NCBI GenBank assembly: GCA_028867755.1
Contig: JAGWFT010000001.1
Location: 100,628-164,627, forward strand
DNA length: 64,000 bases
Source: Nitrososphaerota archaeon
GTDB taxonomy: Archaea > Thermoproteota > Nitrososphaeria > Nitrososphaerales > Nitrosopumilaceae
Reading direction: 5' to 3'
Both the position numbers and the translations under genes were made by a program. Under the pieces are notes generated by a model that worked only from the letters and a program-made list of their open reading frames with translations, did not search any database and had not been told where the DNA came from. How positions within the stretch are numbered: the stretch's first letter is position 1; each line of letters starts with the position of its first letter. Of the stretch, positions 58,622-64,000 are shown piece after piece.

Positions 58622-59464
58622 ATGCAGGTCGGAATGCACGTATCCATATCTGGTTCCATTGACCGTGCCGTAGATAATGCAGTTGCAGCAGACTGTACTG
58701 CATTCCAAATATTTACTCGCAATCCTCGCGGCTGGCTTGCAAAACCCTTGGTAGCAAATGACATTACTAGTTTTAAGGAAAAACTTGCTGCAAGCAAGAT
58801 AGACAGGTTTGCCACTGTTGCACACATGCCATACTTGCCTAACCTCTCATCTCCAGAAGATGAGTCATTTGCAAGATCCCTTAGTTCGCTAATAGATGAG
58901 ATAAAAAGATGCAGCAAACTTGGCGTTCCGTATATTGTTGCACATCTTGGAAGCCACAAGGGTGCAGGCGACAAGAAAGGAATTGAGAGACTGGTCAAGG
59001 CATTTACAAAGGCAGCGGATGATACTACAGACGATATTACAATTCTACTTGAAAATACAGCTGGACAAAAAAATAGTGTTGGTTCTGATTTTGATCAGCT
59101 TGCCTCCATACTACAACAACTAAAGCCTGCAAAACGTTTTGGAGTATGTCTTGATACATGTCATGCATTTGCAGCAGGATATGACCTAAGAACAGAAAAA
59201 ACTGCTTCTGATACGCTTGAAAAATTTCACAAGTCCATAGGATTTGAACACCTAAAGATATTACATCTTAATGACTCAAAGGGAGAGATTGGATGCAACA
59301 TAGATAGACATGAGCACATTGGCTTGGGCCACATAGGAGAGAAGGGGCTTGCACATGTCATACATACCATAAATTCAAAAAAGATTCCAATGATTTTAGA
59401 GACGCCCATTGATGAGAGACGAGATGATGTTGGTAACCTTAAAAAAGTTAAGGAACTGGCATGA
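58622..59464 (+). CDS. nfo: Endonuclease IV (AP endonuclease)
   Basis: GMHVSISG, HMPYLPNL, LLENTAG, CLDTCH, HLNDSK, DRHEHIG, ETP. Confidence 0.95.
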   Translation: MQVGMHVSISGSIDRAVDNAVAADCTAFQIFTRNPRGWLAKPLVANDITSFKEKLAASKIDRFATVAHMPYLPNLSSPEDESFARSLSSLIDEIKRCSKLGVPYIVAHLGSHKGAGDKKGIERLVKAFTKAADDTTDDITILLENTAGQKNSVGSDFDQLASILQQLKPAKRFGVCLDTCHAFAAGYDLRTEKTASDTLEKFHKSIGFEHLKILHLNDSKGEIGCNIDRHEHIGLGHIGEKGLAHVIHTINSKKIPMILETPIDERRDDVGNLKKVKELA

Positions 59465-59490
59465 TCTAGTGCTTAAGAGGAGAATATTCA

Positions 59491-60951
59491 ATGAATTATG
59501 ATCAAATAATGCAGCTTGCACTTGAAAGGGGATTTTATTTTCCAAGCTGTGAGATTTATTCAGATGCACAAGCCGGATTCTGGGAGTATGGACCGTCTGG
59601 AGTTAGCCTAAAGAGCAAATTCATCGAGCTGTGGAGACGTGAGCTTGTAAGACGTGATAGGATGTTAGAGATTGACGGTTCCCAGATAATGTCACAGTCA
59701 GTCTTTGTTGCATCAGGCCATCTGTCAAGTTTTGCAGATCCAATAATAACTTGCCAAAAATGCAGATCCATTTTCAGAGCTGACAAGCTGATTGCAGAGA
59801 TTACATCAGTAGTGGTTCCAGAAAGCGCAGAACTGGAGCAGTTTGATAAAGTGATTGCAGAAAAAGATGTGAGATGCCCCAAATGCAGGGGCAATTTCGA
59901 TAATGCAAAAAAATTCAACATGATGTTCAAGGTTGGAATAGGCCCTCAAAGCGAAGCAGCATATCTAAGACCAGAGACCTGTCAATCTATTTTTGTTGAT
60001 TTTCCAAGACTTTACAAAACAATGCGAGGACGACTGCCAATCGGAATTGCACAGATTGGAAAGAGTTTTAGAAATGAGATCTCGCCACGCCAAAGTCTTC
60101 TTAGGTTAAGAGAGTTCTATCAAGCAGAGATCGAAGTCTTTTGCAATCCTGATAAACTAAATGACATAGATGGGTTCTCTGAGATCGAAAATACAGAGAT
60201 CAGATTAATGATTGATGATACAATCATCAAGCCTGTAACATGCAAAGAAGCTGTAGAGTCTGGAATGCTTCCTAACAAGCTTGTGGCATATTACTTGGCC
60301 CTCTTGGTAGAATTTTACCAAAAGACTGGAATTGATGTAAACAAAAGCAGATTTAGAAAACTAGGTGACAAGGAAAAGGCCTTTTACGCATCAGTTGCCT
60401 TTGACTTTGAGGTAGAAACCACTATTGGTTGGCTTGAGCTTGTTGCATGCAATTATAGATCAGACTATGATCTCAAGAGTCATGGTAACGTAAGCAAGGA
60501 AAAATTTGAGGTACTACATGATAACGTTAAGGTTCTTCCCCATGTTTTTGAGCTCTCAATGGGAATAGACCGAAGTCTTTATACAATTTTGGAACACAAC
60601 TACAAAGAAGACAAGGATAACGACAGAATCTTTCTTTCCTTAAAACCATATCTTGCTCCTATCCATGTTGGAGTGTTATCGCTTGTAAAAAAGGATGGTC
60701 TTGCTGAAAAGACAGAAGAGATCTTCTCAAAGATAAAGCGAAAATATGATGCCTTTTTGGATCATTCTGGTGCCATAGGAAGAAGATATAGAAGACTTGA
60801 TGAGGTTGGAGCACCACTTGCTATAACCATAGATCATCAGACCTTGCAAGATGATACTGTGACAATTAGAATACGAGACTCAATGGAGCAAGAAAGAATC
60901 AAGATATCAGATCTTGATTCCCATATAACAAAAGCTACTTCCTATCCATAG
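59491..60951 (+). CDS. glyS: Glycine--tRNA ligase (alpha2 type)
   Basis: YLRPETCQ, FRNEISPRQSLLRLREF, ELSMGIDR, IGRRYRRLDEVG. Confidence 0.95.
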   Translation: MNYDQIMQLALERGFYFPSCEIYSDAQAGFWEYGPSGVSLKSKFIELWRRELVRRDRMLEIDGSQIMSQSVFVASGHLSSFADPIITCQKCRSIFRADKLIAEITSVVVPESAELEQFDKVIAEKDVRCPKCRGNFDNAKKFNMMFKVGIGPQSEAAYLRPETCQSIFVDFPRLYKTMRGRLPIGIAQIGKSFRNEISPRQSLLRLREFYQAEIEVFCNPDKLNDIDGFSEIENTEIRLMIDDTIIKPVTCKEAVESGMLPNKLVAYYLALLVEFYQKTGIDVNKSRFRKLGDKEKAFYASVAFDFEVETTIGWLELVACNYRSDYDLKSHGNVSKEKFEVLHDNVKVLPHVFELSMGIDRSLYTILEHNYKEDKDNDRIFLSLKPYLAPIHVGVLSLVKKDGLAEKTEEIFSKIKRKYDAFLDHSGAIGRRYRRLDEVGAPLAITIDHQTLQDDTVTIRIRDSMEQERIKISDLDSHITKATSYP

Positions 60952-60981
60952 AAGGTTCTACATAAGCAGGATAACTCTAGG

Positions 60982-63900
60982 TTATTGAGATGATAAAGTG
61001 ATAAGAGATGTGCTAGTGTCTCTATATTTTACTTTCAAGAATATGTCATCTGTGGCATGTGCTAATGGTAAGAGATCCTGTTGTGAGTCAACTCCTACCT
61101 TCCACTGGCCAAGTATAGGATCTACTGATGTTATAGAGAAGCGCTCAAGTGGACTATCAGGTCCAGAGTATCTTACTCTGTAAATCTGGTCTCCTATGGT
61201 TACTGTCTTAAAGTTGCCTGCAAGTCCATCAGTAGATTTTGTTACAAGGCAATCACTAGAGCCGCCAATGACACATGTGCCGTCAGGAGCAACTACTCTA
61301 TACCTCATTGTGCCTTCATTCGTAAATGAGGAATATAGTACGACAGGATTTGCTACAGTGTTATTTTTCCCAGCAATTGTTTCTATGTCAGGTGATTGCG
61401 AAAGAGCAATTGTCTGAACTGACGGATATGTGGATATTTCTGACGTCTGAGTATCAAGTGATTGTCCATAAAAGTTTGCAACTGCTTGTACTTGATGATT
61501 TGTTAGCTTGCCAATTGCTGGCACCTTCCATTTCAGGTCTACTGCTGTCTGTCCTGTTCCAAATACCTGTGAGGGAGATGTATAGGAAACATTTCCGTCA
61601 ACAATTAGAGATACAGAACCATAGAGAGGTCCTGTACCTTCATTGGTAAAGTATGCAGTTGGGGTTGCTGTCATTCCTTCTGCTTTTGTAGGAGAGATAT
61701 CCATCTCAAGGTTACCTGAAATACCATATGATGGCTTGACACCAATTGTATACTGGTCAGAGTCAGTTGTCTTGCCTGCATTGTTTTGCGCATCTATCCA
61801 GTATGTTACAGCTGGGGCTTGCACCGCATCTGCAGGAATTGTACCCGAGACAGCATATGTGGTGTTTGAGATCTGCAATGGTGTCACATCCATGCTTGCA
61901 GTAGTATACATGCTTGCTGGATTGCCTGCCCCGACAAATCGTAGCTGCACCTGGCTTGGCTGTGTTTGACTGCTGATTATGGCATATACTTTTACTTGCT
62001 GTGAAGTTACAAAGTGATTTTCTTCAGATGGAATCATGGTGCCATTTCCTGACTGGAACTTTACATCAAATATCTGGGGTGCTCCTGCTGATACTTGCTC
62101 TGTAGACTGGATTGTCTCTGGGTTTTCATAATTGATGGCTGATGCACAGTTTGTTACACTCACTGTCTCTCCTACCGAGTTGACATTGTTGTTTACTGCC
62201 TGTAATGCAACTACCTCAAATGACTGCTCTTTTGGATCAACATGTGCAAGATAGACCAGTCTTTGTATGGTAGAGTTTTGGTTCTCTTGTGCAAATGGCT
62301 GTACCTGGTCTGGTGTTGCCTGGACAGTTCCTGTCAGGGATGTACGCAATATTACACTTGGATTTGCTACTGAATATTCTACTAGTATCTTGACTGTATC
62401 ATTCTGGCATAGGTTATACGATACTGAATCAATCTTGAGCTCTGGTGCAAGTGTGCCTCCAAACCCTACACTTGACTGGCTTGCAGATGTTGATACTGAT
62501 GATGGGCCAGTGCCTATAGATACTGTTCCTCCACTGGGGCCTGCTGCTGATGGGCCGGATGGGCCGGATGGGCCAGACGGTCCAGGACCTGATGGACTGG
62601 CGCTTGAGCTCCATGTTGCAAATCCAGTAAAGTGCTTTGTCCAGACTACTAGATCAGAGCCTACGTCTATCTTACATGCTCCTCCAACTGGCAAGTTGTT
62701 GTTTGTTGTCTGGGTATCATCAGCACACGTTGGTGTAATCTCTGTAACTGCATCTGAATAGAAGAAACCAATGTGGGTATTTGCCTCTCCTGGGAATAGC
62801 AACCGTACTGCGTTGTTAAATGCCATTGGGGTGCTGGCACCTATGTTTATGACAGTCTTTATTGTACTAGTTTGGCCTGATGCTGTGGGTATTACCAGAG
62901 AGGAACCAGTTTGTACTGTAGGTAGTGTGAGTACGCCATTCCATGTTGATGAGCCTGTTATGACAGTGTTTTGTGGAATTGCTACTTGAATTGGAATATT
63001 AGAACTACTGTTGGTATTGACAAATTTTGTTATGGTAATAGGATTGGAGATCTGGACTGTTACAGCATCGTTGCTTGTTGTAGATATTGAGGAATAGTTG
63101 ATTGATGCGCTAGTCACATTGGCTGGAATTGTTACTGTAGTTAGGGCAGATGTTGTACTGGTTATGACCAACTGTGGTGTGGTTGTATTTACTACGACAG
63201 TATTCTGTGTAGCTCCAATAAGTTGTTGAGTAGGAGCCAAATTCTGTGCTTGTACAACACCCTCGATAGAGTTCAAAGATTCAGATACTTTTATCGTTAG
63301 TTTTTGAACTGGCACCGGTGTATCTATGCTGGAGAGAGTCTCTTGGAGAGTCTCTGTGTGTTTCTTTGTAGCTGACTGTATTGCATCAGTAGAAGAGAAT
63401 ATTTCTTTGAGAGAGAGAGTTGGTGTCTTGAATACTGCGTCAGAGGAGGAGAGTGTTTCTTTGAGAGTTGTATTGGAGGCCTTGCCTACTATATCAGAGG
63501 AGGAGAGTGTTTCTTTAAGAGATGTGGTTATGGCTTTTTTGATTTGATCTGAGCTGGAGAGTGTTTCGGAGAGTTTTGTTGTTAGTGACTTGGATATTGT
63601 ATCTGATGAAGATAGTGTTTCTTTGAGAGTTGTAGTTGGTGATTTGGATACTGCGTCAGAGGAGGAGAGTGTTTCTTTGAGAGATGTGGTTAGGGCCTTG
63701 TTGATTTGATCTGAGCTGGAGAGTGTTTCTTTGAGAGATGTGGTTAGGGCCTTGTTGATTTGATCTGAGCTGGAGAGTGTTTCTTTGAGAGTTAGGATTG
63801 GTGATTTGGATACTGCGTCAGAGGAGGAGAGTGTTTCTGGTAGTGCAATTATGAAAAGATGACTACCAGATACTGCGTCAGAGGAGGAGAGTGTTTCTTT

Positions 63901-64000
63901 GAGAGTTAGGATTGGTGATTTGGATACTGCGTCAGAGGAGGAGAGTGTTTCTTTGAGAGTTAGGATTGGTGATTTGGATACTGCGTCAGAGGAGGAGAGA
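60982..64000 (-). CDS. Large surface protein, 5'-truncated by the window edge
   Basis: Frame of 60982..63315 stays open with no stop up to 64000; contains WTKHFTGFA (PGF-pre-PGF-like end), a GPS-rich linker and beta-rich C-terminal domains. Confidence 0.85.
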   Translation of the reverse strand, partial: LSSSDAVSKSPILTLKETLSSSDAVSKSPILTLKETLSSSDAVSGSHLFIIALPETLSSSDAVSKSPILTLKETLSSSDQINKALTTSLKETLSSSDQINKALTTSLKETLSSSDAVSKSPTTTLKETLSSSDTISKSLTTKLSETLSSSDQIKKAITTSLKETLSSSDIVGKASNTTLKETLSSSDAVFKTPTLSLKEIFSSTDAIQSATKKHTETLQETLSSIDTPVPVQKLTIKVSESLNSIEGVVQAQNLAPTQQLIGATQNTVVVNTTTPQLVITSTTSALTTVTIPANVTSASINYSSISTTSNDAVTVQISNPITITKFVNTNSSSNIPIQVAIPQNTVITGSSTWNGVLTLPTVQTGSSLVIPTASGQTSTIKTVINIGASTPMAFNNAVRLLFPGEANTHIGFFYSDAVTEITPTCADDTQTTNNNLPVGGACKIDVGSDLVVWTKHFTGFATWSSSASPSGPGPSGPSGPSGPSAAGPSGGTVSIGTGPSSVSTSASQSSVGFGGTLAPELKIDSVSYNLCQNDTVKILVEYSVANPSVILRTSLTGTVQATPDQVQPFAQENQNSTIQRLVYLAHVDPKEQSFEVVALQAVNNNVNSVGETVSVTNCASAINYENPETIQSTEQVSAGAPQIFDVKFQSGNGTMIPSEENHFVTSQQVKVYAIISSQTQPSQVQLRFVGAGNPASMYTTASMDVTPLQISNTTYAVSGTIPADAVQAPAVTYWIDAQNNAGKTTDSDQYTIGVKPSYGISGNLEMDISPTKAEGMTATPTAYFTNEGTGPLYGSVSLIVDGNVSYTSPSQVFGTGQTAVDLKWKVPAIGKLTNHQVQAVANFYGQSLDTQTSEISTYPSVQTIALSQSPDIETIAGKNNTVANPVVLYSSFTNEGTMRYRVVAPDGTCVIGGSSDCLVTKSTDGLAGNFKTVTIGDQIYRVRYSGPDSPLERFSITSVDPILGQWKVGVDSQQDLLPLAHATDDIFLKVKYRDTSTSLITLSSQ
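63331..64000 (-). repeat. 54-bp (18-aa) tandem repeats, about 12 units in window
   Basis: Unit TLKETLSSSDAVSKSPIL and variants; identical copies at 63777-63830, 63891-63944, 63945-63998 and at 63667-63720, 63721-63774. Confidence 0.93.

Noticed and set aside
57518-58825. 435-aa PriL as given in the ORF track
   Set aside because: The first ~99 codons overlap the divergent nfo gene and promoter region; true start is near 58528.
63331-64000. 54-bp repeats as CRISPR or non-coding satellite, and ORF 63326..63547 (+)
   Set aside because: Repeats are contiguous, a multiple of 3 and in frame with the minus-strand gene; the + ORF is its shadow.

Overview
Gene content points to an ammonia-oxidising archaeon (Nitrososphaerota, Nitrosopumilales; Nitrosotalea-like by inference). 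About 1-23.4 kb is an accessory cell-surface and signalling region: PGI/PMI and a GT4 glycosyltransferase, a 3111-aa mosaic secreted protein (NHL and YVTN propellers, Ig domains, HEXXH metalloprotease, C-terminal pentapeptide repeats), an RHH/MEDS/class III cyclase cluster, an S-layer-like secreted protein, a truncated PGI/PMI paralogue, a subtilase, and a RelE-type toxin-antitoxin pair bracketed by ~40-bp direct repeats. About 23.5-61 kb is mostly core genome: tRNA-Gln, tRNA-Gly, ABC transporter, RPA, Lhr, RadB-like, Lsm, bacterial-type MetK, cbiD/G/X/C/A, cobO, aIF2 alpha and gamma, Nop10, AglB fused to a cyclophilin, S6e, UPF0182, PriS/PriL, Nfo and GlyRS. The window ends inside a second large surface protein with 54-bp (18-aa) tandem repeats. 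Most notable: the repeat-bounded TA cassette, the giant protease-adhesin, the AglB-cyclophilin fusion and a single A9 frameshift in the PIN gene. All assignments come from motif recognition by eye; no searches were run.
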